64,000 bases of DNA from positions 26,939 through 90,938 of the forward strand of contig JBDHHQ010000010.1 in the NCBI GenBank assembly GCA_039589315.1, given 5' to 3'. A program made the translations under genes and the position numbers. The notes under the pieces were generated by a model. That model saw only the letters and a list, made by a program, of their open reading frames with translations. It was not told the DNA's origin and did not search any database. Within the stretch, counting starts at the first letter, position 1, and the number at the start of each line of letters is the position of its first letter. The DNA comes from Gemmatimonadota bacterium (GTDB lineage: Bacteria; Gemmatimonadota; Gemmatimonadetes; Longimicrobiales; Gaopeijiaceae). Of the stretch, positions 1-9,598 are shown piece by piece.

Positions 1-2
1 TG

Positions 3-2912
3 CTCTGCATCGGTCTCGGCAAGGACCGGGACGATCCGCAGCGTATGAAGTACGACGATGGCCTGTACTTCAAGAGTGCCGGTGAGATCGCCGAGCGTTT
101 CCCGGACCGACCCGACGTCATCGAGAACACGCTGGCCATCGCCGACCAGGTCGATCTCGGCTTCGAGCGCACGTATCACCTCCCGGCATTCCCGCTGCCC
201 GCGGGGGAAGCCGACGAGAACGACTACCTGGTCAAGCTGGCCACGACGGGGGCCGAAGAGCGCTTCGGCTCTCCCCTTCCCGACGAGGTGCGGGAGCGCC
301 TCGACTACGAGCTGGGCGTGATCCTCGAGACCGGATACGCCGGGTATTTCCTCATCACGGGCGACTTCATCCGTTGGGCCAAGGAGCACGACATTCCGGT
401 CGGGCCAGGACGGGGGTCGGCCGGTGGCTCTCTCGTAGCTTACGCCCTCGGCATCACGAACATCGACCCCATCGCCTTCGACCTGGTGTTCGAGAGGTTC
501 CTGAACCCCGAGCGGATCTCGATGCCGGACATCGACATCGACTTCTGCTTCGAGCGCCGTGGCGAAGTGATCGACTACGTGCGCCAGAAGTACGGCCACG
601 ACGCGGTGGGCCAGATCATCACCTTCGGCACCATGAAGAGCCGCGCCGTGATCAGGGACGTGGGCCGCACGCTCGGATTCGAGCCGTCGGAGACGGACAG
701 GATCGCCAAGCTGATCCCCAACCAACCCGGGTCAGCCTACACCGTGGAGGAGGCGACCAAGAAGATCCCCGACGTGAAGGCCATGTACGAGTCGGGGGAG
801 CGGTATCGGCAGCTCTTCGACTACTCCATGGTGCTGGAGGGGCTGAGCCGGCACGCGTCGGTGCACGCCGCGGGGGTGGTCATCGCCCCAGGCCCTCTGG
901 ACGACTACGTGCCGGTCTGTATTCAGCAGAAGGGCGGCAGGAACGGACGGTCCAACGGGAGCGACGAGAGCAAGGAGACCGCCGGACCCGAGATCGTGAC
1001 CCAGTACGACATGAACTGCCTCGAGGACGCCGGGATGCTGAAGATGGACTTCCTGGGCCTCAAGACGCTCACGGTGATCCATGACGCCGTGGATATGGTG
1101 AAGGCCCGGGTCGGGGAGCTTCGGCATCCCGGCACCGGTGAGTCCTACGAGACCATGGACGCGGTGCCCCTCGACGACGCCCAGGTCTACGCCATGCTGG
1201 CCCACGGCGGCACCCAGGGCATATTCCAGTTCGAGTCGAGCCTTGCCACGGACAAGCTCCGGGCCATGCGCGCCGACCGCTTCGAGGATCTCGTCGCCAC
1301 CAACGCCCTCATCCGCCCGGGTCCGCTGGATTCGGGCATGACCGACGTCTACATCCGCCGGAAGCTGGGGCAGGAGCCGGTCTCCTATCCTCATGCGGAC
1401 CTGAAGCAGACGCTGGAGTCCACCTACGGGATCATCGTCTATCAAGAACAGGTGATGCGGATCCCCAACGTCCTGGCGGGCTACTCCCTGGGACAAGCGG
1501 ACGTGCTCCGGAAAGCGGTGGGGAAGAAGATCCCCGAGCTCATCAAGGCGGAGCTCGGCAAGTTCGTCAACGCAGCTCAGGAAGCGGGTGTCGACAAGCG
1601 CACCGCGGCGGATCTGGCCGAGCAAATCGAGACCTTCGGACGGTATGGGTTCAATCGCAGCCACTCCGCCGCATACTCGCTTCTCTCGTATCAGACGGCG
1701 TGGCTGAAGTGCCACTACCCGGCCGAGTACATGGCGGCGCTGCTTTCCTCGGTGCTGGACAAGACCGACGACGTGGTGAAGTACATCGGCGAGTGCCGGG
1801 ACATGGCCCGCTGGGTCCCGGACCTGGAGGACCCTCTCGTGGTCCTACCGCCCGAGGTCAACGAGTCCGGCTGGAAGTTCACCGTCACCGGCCCCACACA
1901 GATGCGCTTCGGCCTGGGGGCCGTCCGAGGCGTGGGTTCGGCGGCCGTGCGATCGGTCATCGACGCGCGCAACGATGGGGGTCCCTTCGAGTCCCTCTTC
2001 GACTTCGTGAGCCGAGTCGACATCCGGGCATTGAACAAGCGTGCCGCCGAGGCGCTGATCGCCGCGGGAGCCTTGGACTCCTTCGGCCATCGCTCCCAGC
2101 TCCTCGCCGGGCTGGATACCGCCTACGGCGAAGCCCAACGACGACAGGACGACGCCGCGGCTGGCCAGGGCTCCCTGTTCGGCGCCGAGTCCGCATTGCC
2201 CCAGGAGGAGCCGCCGCTTCCCACGGTGCCCGAGTGGACGGAGGCCGATCGGCTCGCCCGCGAGAAGGATGCCCTGGGCTTCTTCATCTCCGGGCACCCG
2301 CTGGAGCGCTTCCAGGACATCGTGCGCGCCTACGAACCGGTCTCGACGACGAATCTCGGCCAGTTCCTCGGTCAGCCGGTGGAGCTTCCCTGTGTCGTCA
2401 TCGCGGTGACCCGCCAGATCTCGCGTCGCAACGGAGCCGAGTGGGGCAAGATCACGGTGGAAGACTTCATGGGAACGGCCTCCGTGTTGGCCTTCGGTGA
2501 CGCGTGGGACAACGTGAAGGACCTCCTGGAGCAGGACGCGGTGGTCCTGATCTCAGGCAAGGTCAGCGGCAGGGAGCGGGACGAGGAGGACCCGCCGATC
2601 TTCCTCGACGACGCACAGCCTCTGGAGGACGTGCCGGCAGGCGGAGGGCTGGCGGTTCAGCTGACCCTGGAGCCCGGCAGCGAGCTGACCGAGGAGGCCT
2701 TCGCACGTGCCAAGGCCGTCCTCTCCGCTCATCCGGGACCCGCGCCCGTGGAGGTCGTCGTAGGACAGGGGAACGGCGTGCCGGCCCCACGCCTGCGGTC
2801 TCGCAGCCTGCGTGTCGATCCCGGGACCGACACGTTGGCCGAGCTCAAGGAGGTCGTTGGAAGCAAGGTCGTGTCACTCGCCCGGGTCCGAGCGGCCGAG
2901 GACGGGACGTAG
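3..2912 (+). CDS. dnaE: DNA polymerase III alpha subunit (5'-truncated by window edge)
   Basis: GPGRGSAGGS, FERFLNPER, PDIDIDF, KMDFLGL and YGFNRSH motifs, C-terminal OB fold; frame is open upstream of the ATG at 45 to the window start. Confidence 0.98.
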   Translation, partial: LCIGLGKDRDDPQRMKYDDGLYFKSAGEIAERFPDRPDVIENTLAIADQVDLGFERTYHLPAFPLPAGEADENDYLVKLATTGAEERFGSPLPDEVRERLDYELGVILETGYAGYFLITGDFIRWAKEHDIPVGPGRGSAGGSLVAYALGITNIDPIAFDLVFERFLNPERISMPDIDIDFCFERRGEVIDYVRQKYGHDAVGQIITFGTMKSRAVIRDVGRTLGFEPSETDRIAKLIPNQPGSAYTVEEATKKIPDVKAMYESGERYRQLFDYSMVLEGLSRHASVHAAGVVIAPGPLDDYVPVCIQQKGGRNGRSNGSDESKETAGPEIVTQYDMNCLEDAGMLKMDFLGLKTLTVIHDAVDMVKARVGELRHPGTGESYETMDAVPLDDAQVYAMLAHGGTQGIFQFESSLATDKLRAMRADRFEDLVATNALIRPGPLDSGMTDVYIRRKLGQEPVSYPHADLKQTLESTYGIIVYQEQVMRIPNVLAGYSLGQADVLRKAVGKKIPELIKAELGKFVNAAQEAGVDKRTAADLAEQIETFGRYGFNRSHSAAYSLLSYQTAWLKCHYPAEYMAALLSSVLDKTDDVVKYIGECRDMARWVPDLEDPLVVLPPEVNESGWKFTVTGPTQMRFGLGAVRGVGSAAVRSVIDARNDGGPFESLFDFVSRVDIRALNKRAAEALIAAGALDSFGHRSQLLAGLDTAYGEAQRRQDDAAAGQGSLFGAESALPQEEPPLPTVPEWTEADRLAREKDALGFFISGHPLERFQDIVRAYEPVSTTNLGQFLGQPVELPCVVIAVTRQISRRNGAEWGKITVEDFMGTASVLAFGDAWDNVKDLLEQDAVVLISGKVSGRERDEEDPPIFLDDAQPLEDVPAGGGLAVQLTLEPGSELTEEAFARAKAVLSAHPGPAPVEVVVGQGNGVPAPRLRSRSLRVDPGTDTLAELKEVVGSKVVSLARVRAAEDGT

Positions 2913-2915
2913 CGC

Positions 2916-3917
2916 ATGCCTCGAGCCGAGTTCATCAGCACCGGATTCTTTGTTCCCGAACGCGTGGTGCCCAACGACGCGCTCACGGAATGGTGGGATA
3001 CGTCGGACGAGTGGATCCGGGAGCGGACCGGCATCGAAGAGCGGCATTGGGTCGAACGGGGAGGACAGACCGGGTCGGACCTGGCATTGGAGGCGGCAAA
3101 GGTGGCCCTCGAGCGGGCCGACATGGACGCCTCCGACCTGGACTGCATCGTCTACGCGACTCTCAGCCCCGAGCATTTCTTTCCCGGCGGTGGCGTGTTC
3201 CTCCAGAGGAAGCTCGGTGTTCCGGGCATCCCCGCCCTGGACGTGCGCAACCAGTGCACGGGCTTCCTCTACGGCCTCTCCATCGCCGATGCCTGGATCC
3301 GCACGGGCCAGTACCGCCGCGTGCTGCTGGTCGGGTCCGAGGTCCACTCTCCGGCGCTGGGGTTCTCGGACCCCGAAGGCCGGAACATCGGCGTCCTGTT
3401 CGGCGACGGCGCAGGGGCAGCGATCCTGGGGCCTACCGAGGACGAGGGACGCGGCGTGATCGGCACCAATCTCTCTGCCGACGGGCGGTACGCCGAGCTC
3501 CTGTGGGTGGAGGGGGCAGGGATCAGCGGCGACCCATGGATCTCACACGAGGACATCGACGGCACCACGCTCTTCCCGCGCATGGACGGCCGGGAGGTCT
3601 TCAAGCACGCGGTGAAGCGGATGCCCCAGTCCGTGACGGCCCTTCTGGCCGAGCACGGGCTCGAGACCGATGACGTCGACCTGCTGATCGCCCACCAGGC
3701 GAACCTGCGCATCAACGAGATGGTGGCCCGCCGGCTGGGCCTCGCAGACGACCGGGTCTACAACAACATCCAGCGCTACGGCAACACGACGGCCGCCACC
3801 ATTCCCATCTGCATCGACGAGTGCGTCCAGTCCGGGCGGCTGACCCGAGGCGACCTGCTGGTGCTGACCGCGTTCGGCAGCGGGTTCACGTGGGGGAGCG
3901 CGCTGATCCGCTGGTAG
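2916..3917 (+). CDS. fabH: 3-oxoacyl-ACP synthase III family
   Basis: DTSDEWI..RTGI, QCTGF catalytic Cys, FGDGAGA, HQAN, YGNT, FGSGFTWG. Confidence 0.93.
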   Translation: MPRAEFISTGFFVPERVVPNDALTEWWDTSDEWIRERTGIEERHWVERGGQTGSDLALEAAKVALERADMDASDLDCIVYATLSPEHFFPGGGVFLQRKLGVPGIPALDVRNQCTGFLYGLSIADAWIRTGQYRRVLLVGSEVHSPALGFSDPEGRNIGVLFGDGAGAAILGPTEDEGRGVIGTNLSADGRYAELLWVEGAGISGDPWISHEDIDGTTLFPRMDGREVFKHAVKRMPQSVTALLAEHGLETDDVDLLIAHQANLRINEMVARRLGLADDRVYNNIQRYGNTTAATIPICIDECVQSGRLTRGDLLVLTAFGSGFTWGSALIRW

Positions 3918-4518
3918 GACCGACGTCCAATACCGCGCCCCTGGGCCCCGCGTTCACCACCAGCGTCTCGCCGAGGCTCACCTGTTTGCCCCACGAAGCG
4001 TGGATGTGACCGCAAATCACCAGCTGCGTCCGAGCCCGCCGGGCGGCCGCCAGGACCGCCCGACTTCCCAGGTGTCTCCCTCCCGCGTCCCCGTCCGCTA
4101 GCCCGTAGGGCGGTGAGTGGGACACCAGCACCGCACCCTCCGGGCAACCCGCCAGGAGGTCGGCCGCGTCCGATTCGTCGAGGTCGAAGCTCCACGACCC
4201 GAACGGCGTGACCGGGACCGCTCCGCCTAGGCCCCAGAACGCGACCCCGCCGATCTCGACTCCACTGCCGTGGAGAACGTGGGCGGCGGTCCACTCGGTG
4301 CACGCTGCCTCCAACTCCAGGTCCGACTCGGAGTTACCCGGCACGACCACTGTGGGAGTCACGATGGAGCGAAGGACCTCCACCATGGCCTCGAGCCCCA
4401 CACGCTTCGTGGCCAGGTCTCCGGCGATCACGATTACGTCCGCCTCGTTGGCCCGTCGCACGACACCCTGCGCCGCGGCCTCGTCCCGGTGCAGATCGCT
4501 GAAGGCGAGGATCCTCAT
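3886..4518 (-). CDS. Calcineurin-like metallophosphoesterase
   Basis: SDLH, AGDL, PGNSE, HSPP, CGHIH motifs; start set at MRILAF; 3' end overlaps fabH convergently by 32 nt. Confidence 0.9.
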   Translation of the reverse strand: MRILAFSDLHRDEAAAQGVVRRANEADVIVIAGDLATKRVGLEAMVEVLRSIVTPTVVVPGNSESDLELEAACTEWTAAHVLHGSGVEIGGVAFWGLGGAVPVTPFGSWSFDLDESDAADLLAGCPEGAVLVSHSPPYGLADGDAGGRHLGSRAVLAAARRARTQLVICGHIHASWGKQVSLGETLVVNAGPRGAVLDVGPTSGSARSPT

Positions 4519-4605
4519 GGTGGCTTCCCGTTGCGAGTCGACGTCCCGCACCCGTAGGCAGAGCGGCGCTGTCGGGCAAGCCCTCCCGGGTAGTCCTTCT
4601 TGATC

Positions 4606-4642
4606 TGTCTGCAAAGCAGACTTATTGTCTACAAAGCAGACA
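4606..4642. promoter_or_regulatory. Tandem palindromes, candidate PadR operator
   Basis: TGTCTGCAAAGCAGAC (4606-4621) and TGTCTACAAAGCAGACA (4626-4642), 20-bp period, just upstream of padR. Confidence 0.7.
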
Positions 4643-4675
4643 CACCTCTCTCTCCATCGGCGGAGTGCGCGCGCC

Positions 4676-5014
4676 ATGCCCGACAAGAGCTTCCTCGGCG
4701 AATTCGAGCAGATGGTCCTGCTGGCCATCCTCCAACGTGCACCGGACGCCTACGGCCCGACGATCAGCGCCGAGCTGGAGTCGACGGCAGAACGGACCGT
4801 CTCGCGAGGGGCTCTCTACTCGTCGCTGGGCCGCCTGGAGAAGAAGGGTCTGCTCCGGTGGGAGCTGGAGGAGCCCACTGCCGAGCGTGGGGGACATCCG
4901 CGTCGCCGTTTCGAGGTGACCCACGCCGGTGTGGAGGCGCTCAAGGCGTCCAGAACGGCTCTGGTGAGCCTCTGGGCCGGTCTGGATCGCCATCTCGGGC
5001 CCGAGACAGGCTGA
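4676..5014 (+). CDS. PadR family transcriptional regulator
   Basis: LGEFEQMVLLAIL, AYG, GALYSSLGRLEKKG, RRRFEVT. Confidence 0.93.
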   Translation: MPDKSFLGEFEQMVLLAILQRAPDAYGPTISAELESTAERTVSRGALYSSLGRLEKKGLLRWELEEPTAERGGHPRRRFEVTHAGVEALKASRTALVSLWAGLDRHLGPETG

Positions 5015-5049
5015 GCCTTGCCACGCCTGGCATCGGAGGCCGTTGGAGA

Positions 5050-7776
5050 ATGAGCAGACGGAGGATCTACCCCCCGGCAATCCCCCGTTGGATCCTGGGA
5101 TGGACGCTGCCCAGGGACCCCGTGGGGGACAGCATCCGAGGAGACCTCCTGGAAGAGTTCGACTTGATCGCCCAGTCGCGATCGAGGGGTCGGGCGACGC
5201 GGTGGTACTGGCGGCATGCCTTCGGCGTCGCCGGCCGGAGCGTCCTGGATCGAGCCATGGAGCGGTTGCCAGGGAGTCGAGGCTCCCTGGTCTACGGGAG
5301 GAGGGAGAGGGATCCGATGATGAGCAAGCTCTGGCGGGACATCAGGTACGCGGTGCGGACGTTGCGGCGCACCCCGGGCTTCACGGTCGTGGCGGTGGCG
5401 ACGTTGGCAATCGGCATCGGCGCCAACGCGGCGATCTTCAGCGTCGTGAACGCGGTGCTGCTGGAGCCACTGCCCTTCCCGGACGCCGACCGACTGGTCG
5501 GCATCTGGCACACCGCGCCCGGGCTCGGCTACGACCAGATCCCCCTGTCGGGTGATACGTACGCCCAGATCAGGGAGTACAACAGCGTCTTCGAAGACGT
5601 GGCGGTCGTCAACGGCGGCACGGCGACGCTCACCGAAGACGGAGAGCCCGAGCGCGTCGATGCGCTGGGGGTGACCCATACGCTGCTCCCGGTCCTCGGC
5701 GTGGAGCCCGCGCTGGGCCGCAACTTCACCGCCGAGGAAGACATGCCGGAGGCGCCCGACGTGGCGCTCCTGAGCCACGGCCTCTGGCAGCGCCGCTATG
5801 GCGGCGATCCGGGTCTCGTCGGGCGGACCATCCAGGTCGACGGAAGCCCGGTCGAGGTGGTGGGCGTGCTCCCGGAGGGCTTCCAGTTCATGCAATCGGA
5901 TGCCGAGGTCTTCGTGCCCCTGGGCATCGACCCGGCCAATCCGCCGGTTGGATCGTTCAGCGTGAACGGCATAGGCCGGCTGGTGGAGGGGCGAACCGCC
6001 GAGGTGGCCGAAGCCAATCTGGCGCCGCTGGTCGACCGTCTGCTCGAGGCCAACCGGGAGTCGGAGAACTACGTCGCGTTCCTGGAGAACGGACAGTTCG
6101 GGACGCTCGTCAACCCTCTCAAGGAGGACGTGGTCGGTGAAGTGCGCCAGCCGCTGCTGATCCTTCTGGGCACGGTCGCTTTCGTTCTGCTCATCGCCTG
6201 CGCCAACGTCGCCAACCTGGTGATCGTGCGGTCGGACGCCCGCCGCAGGGAGATGGCCGTCCGGTCCGCCCTGGGAGCGGGCCGTGGCGTCCTGTCTCGG
6301 CAGTTCCTGGCCGAGAGCGCCGCGCTGGCCCTGGCCGGTGGAGTCATCGGCGTTGCCTTGGCTGCGGCGGCCGTTCCGGCCCTGCTCAGCGTAGCGCCGG
6401 ATGGCCTGCCGCGAGCCGCGGCGGTGGGCGTCGACGCTACGGTGCTGGCCTTCTCGGCAGGCCTCGTCCTCGTGTCCGTCGTGCTGTTCGGCGTGTTGCC
6501 CATGATCCGGAGCTTCTCGTCCACGGCCTTCGGTGCTCTCACGTCGGCCAGGGGCGCCACGGCCGGGCGAGACCGGCATCGGCTGCGCAATCTGCTGGTC
6601 GCCGGGCAGACCGCGCTGGCGCTGATCCTCCTGGTGGGTTCGGGCCTCATGCTCCGGAGCTTCGACGCGCTGCGGAGCGTCGATCCCGGTTTCGAGGCCG
6701 AGGGTTCTCTGGTGTTCCGGCTCTCGCTCCCCCCGACGACGTACGAGACCGCGCAGAGCGCCGCGTCCTTCCACCAGCAGTTGATGGAGCGGATCGCGAC
6801 GCTACCCGGCGTGGAGTCCGTCGGAGCCGTCGACTACGTGCCGCTCACCGGTAACGGGAGCGGCACCGCCCACCGAATCGAAGACAAGCCCGTGGGGCCG
6901 GGCGACCTCCCGCCCATGTTGTGGTACAAGTACGCTGCCCCGGGATACTTCGAGACCATGAGGATCGGGCTGGTGGCCGGCCGCACCCTGGAGCGTGCCG
7001 ATCACGAGCAGCAGCTCCCCAACGTCGTGGTGAGCAAGCACCTGGCCGAACGGATCTGGCCCGGTGAGGACGCCCTGGGCAAGAGGGTGTCGTTCGCCTC
7101 GTCCGACACCGTGCTGGCCTGGTACTCGGTCGTCGGAGTGGTGGACGACGTCCGTGACCAGGGCTTGAACGAGGACGTTCGGGACCTGGTCTACTACCCC
7201 ATGGTAGGCGCCAACGGCGACGAGGATTGGCGGTCCCTGGACATGACGTACGTGGTCCGGACAGCTGGACCACCCACGAGCCTCGCCGGGCCGCTGCGGG
7301 CACAGGTGTGGGAGATGGACCCGAACCTGCCGGTCGCGGACATGCGACCCATGGCTGACATCCTGGCCGAGTCGACCGCTCGGACGTCGTTCACGATGAT
7401 GGCCCTGGCCGTCGCCGCGCTCGTGGCCCTTCTGCTGGGAGCCATCGGTCTGTACGGCGTGGTCTCGTACGTGGTCAGCGAGCGTACCCGGGAGATCGGC
7501 GTGCGCATGGCCCTGGGAGCCGAGAAGAGCGAGGTGCAGCGGATGGTCGTGACCCAGGGCGTCAAGCTGGCGCTGATGGGGCTCGTCGTGGGCCTTGTGG
7601 CATCGCTCGCCCTCACGCGGCTGCTGGGCAGTCTGCTGTTCGGCACGAGCCCCACGGATCCTGTCACGTTCGCCACCACCTCCCTGGTGCTCTTGGCCGT
7701 GGGCACCTTGGCGAGCTACCTCCCGGCCCGGCGGGCGTCCACCATCGACCCTGTGGCGTCCCTTCGATCGGAATGA
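5050..7776 (+). CDS. Duplicated orphan ABC permease (ADOP, MacB/FtsX-like) with N-terminal prefix domain
   Basis: DIRYAVRTLRRTPGF, IGANAAIFS, LIACANVANL, RTREIGVRMALGA, PARRAS..DP; GDLLEEF prefix domain. Confidence 0.93.
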   Translation: MSRRRIYPPAIPRWILGWTLPRDPVGDSIRGDLLEEFDLIAQSRSRGRATRWYWRHAFGVAGRSVLDRAMERLPGSRGSLVYGRRERDPMMSKLWRDIRYAVRTLRRTPGFTVVAVATLAIGIGANAAIFSVVNAVLLEPLPFPDADRLVGIWHTAPGLGYDQIPLSGDTYAQIREYNSVFEDVAVVNGGTATLTEDGEPERVDALGVTHTLLPVLGVEPALGRNFTAEEDMPEAPDVALLSHGLWQRRYGGDPGLVGRTIQVDGSPVEVVGVLPEGFQFMQSDAEVFVPLGIDPANPPVGSFSVNGIGRLVEGRTAEVAEANLAPLVDRLLEANRESENYVAFLENGQFGTLVNPLKEDVVGEVRQPLLILLGTVAFVLLIACANVANLVIVRSDARRREMAVRSALGAGRGVLSRQFLAESAALALAGGVIGVALAAAAVPALLSVAPDGLPRAAAVGVDATVLAFSAGLVLVSVVLFGVLPMIRSFSSTAFGALTSARGATAGRDRHRLRNLLVAGQTALALILLVGSGLMLRSFDALRSVDPGFEAEGSLVFRLSLPPTTYETAQSAASFHQQLMERIATLPGVESVGAVDYVPLTGNGSGTAHRIEDKPVGPGDLPPMLWYKYAAPGYFETMRIGLVAGRTLERADHEQQLPNVVVSKHLAERIWPGEDALGKRVSFASSDTVLAWYSVVGVVDDVRDQGLNEDVRDLVYYPMVGANGDEDWRSLDMTYVVRTAGPPTSLAGPLRAQVWEMDPNLPVADMRPMADILAESTARTSFTMMALAVAALVALLLGAIGLYGVVSYVVSERTREIGVRMALGAEKSEVQRMVVTQGVKLALMGLVVGLVASLALTRLLGSLLFGTSPTDPVTFATTSLVLLAVGTLASYLPARRASTIDPVASLRSE

Positions 7777-7851
7777 TCGGTATGCTGGTGCGAAGCCGAG
7801 ATCCCAGGCCGGCCGGACCGGCGTGCGGACACGCGCCCGGCGTGGCGCCGC

Positions 7852-9381
7852 CTAGGGAATGCCGTGCCTGGACCGCTCCAGGAGCGTGCCGACGTCGGTC
7901 AGAGCGCCTTCGTCCGGTGCGAGGGCCCTGACCCGGTCGACCCGGGCTGGCACGGCCAGGCTCCGCAGCCCCCCCGTGTAGATGTTCAGCAACCTGCTCC
8001 CGGGACCGGCCATCCGCACGATGGGCTGATGGCTCGGCAGCACCGTGCTGTCGCCCTCGACTCCCGCCACAAGGCAGACCTGGCGGACGTCGAAACGTCT
8101 CGCCTCTGCCGGCTGGTCGGCGTAGGGCAGCTCGGCCGTGGCGAGGGTACGAACCGGTTGAGCGACGAATCGCCCCGGGTCGGACCGCAGCCGGCTCGCG
8201 AGCGTCCCCCAACCGTCCGTGCCCAACTCGTCGCCGAAGCGAACCGAATCGCCGTCGGCCCCCATCTGCCCCTTGAAGACGTACCGTTCCGGGGCCGCGC
8301 CCACCCGGGCGACGGCGTCCGTGTCCAGCCCACCTTCCCGGCCGATGAACACCGTAGTGGGAACCGAGGGGGCGAGAGGAGCGCGACCCGCCCCCTCGCG
8401 GATCACGTCGTCCACGAAGAGGGGCGTGAGCTTGCTCTTCATGAAGTTGGACGTTGGGTTGTTCACCCACACGAAGCCGCCGTCTTCGGCCTCACACCAG
8501 GCCCGGACCAGCCCCGGGACACCGGCCAGGCGAGCCACCCGGTTGAAGGAGTCGGCGCCACGTCGGACGTTGCGCTCCCACTGGGGCGTGTGCTCGGGGT
8601 CGATGCTCTCGACGTTGGCGATGGTCACCAGGACGTCGACTCGGTGGACGGCATCGCCCGGGCGTGGGTCTCGCACATAGACGACACCATCGTCGACGAA
8701 CAGCCGGCCTCTCTCGTCCACCAGGCTGAACCAGTCCACGCCGAGCTCCGCAGCCAGGGCCCGCAGGTGGTCCATGACCCGCTGAGGGGCGGGGTACGGA
8801 GGGGCGATGAGGTCGTCGCCGACCCGGATGGGATCTGCCGCTTCGGAGGCGTCATCCACGATCACCACCCGACCCTGCCTCTCGGGCCCCACCCGCTGCC
8901 GGGCCATGGTACGGAGGTAGCCCAGCCACACGTGAAACGGTGATCCGGACAGCTGGTTCGTGCCCCACTCGGGGTGTTCGTCGTACTGGCTGGCGAGGAG
9001 CGCTCCCCGCTTCGCGCCCACCACGTTGCCCCCGTTCTCCTCGCCCAGCTCGAAGCGGTACCCGCCAGCGCCATCCTCCAACCAGAAGAGGTCGGGACCG
9101 TAGAAGCGGGCGAACCAGCGGTCTCCCACACGGCCCACCAGCTCCGGCCAATATCCGCCGTGGCAGGCGAGCAGATCCCTCCAATGCGGGAAGCGATCGA
9201 GAAGGGACCGGGGGCCGTACAGATCGGAGAGCAGTCGTTGTCCGGCCCGCGCCCGCTCAGCCACCGCCGCTAGATACCCGTCGTGGTACGGGGCATACGG
9301 GAGACCGACGAACCGGGGGTACAGGGGCCGTCGACCCGTGGACACCGCAGACCGGGGTGGAAACGCCGATGTTTGCGTCAT
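7852..9381 (-). CDS. Divergent circularly permuted ATP-grasp (type 2)-like ligase
   Basis: C-terminal SVPT, YVFKGQMGADG, FVAQP, FDVR, RMA..GSRLLN..GG follow the CP-ATP-grasp motif order; start uncertain (MTQTS chosen). Confidence 0.7.
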   Translation of the reverse strand: MTQTSAFPPRSAVSTGRRPLYPRFVGLPYAPYHDGYLAAVAERARAGQRLLSDLYGPRSLLDRFPHWRDLLACHGGYWPELVGRVGDRWFARFYGPDLFWLEDGAGGYRFELGEENGGNVVGAKRGALLASQYDEHPEWGTNQLSGSPFHVWLGYLRTMARQRVGPERQGRVVIVDDASEAADPIRVGDDLIAPPYPAPQRVMDHLRALAAELGVDWFSLVDERGRLFVDDGVVYVRDPRPGDAVHRVDVLVTIANVESIDPEHTPQWERNVRRGADSFNRVARLAGVPGLVRAWCEAEDGGFVWVNNPTSNFMKSKLTPLFVDDVIREGAGRAPLAPSVPTTVFIGREGGLDTDAVARVGAAPERYVFKGQMGADGDSVRFGDELGTDGWGTLASRLRSDPGRFVAQPVRTLATAELPYADQPAEARRFDVRQVCLVAGVEGDSTVLPSHQPIVRMAGPGSRLLNIYTGGLRSLAVPARVDRVRALAPDEGALTDVGTLLERSRHGIP

Positions 9382-9598
9382 GTGTCCGGCTGCGCCCGTC
9401 CTGTCTGCTCGTTGGAGTCGCCGCGCGCCCGGGTGATCTTCCAGGAGGAAGAGCGGGCACGGCGGCCCCGACTCTTGCTCCAATGCGGGTTCGTGCCCCA
9501 AGAAGATATCGACGCGACGCCTGCGTCGCCCATCCCGTCGGCGCCTTCGGACCTCCACGGATGGTCCGGCTCGCTGCGAGACCGAGGAGTCACGAGAG

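Noticed and set aside
900..1010. Insertion in DnaE considered as an intein
   Set aside because: Only a short G/S/N-rich loop; no intein terminal motifs and overall length is normal
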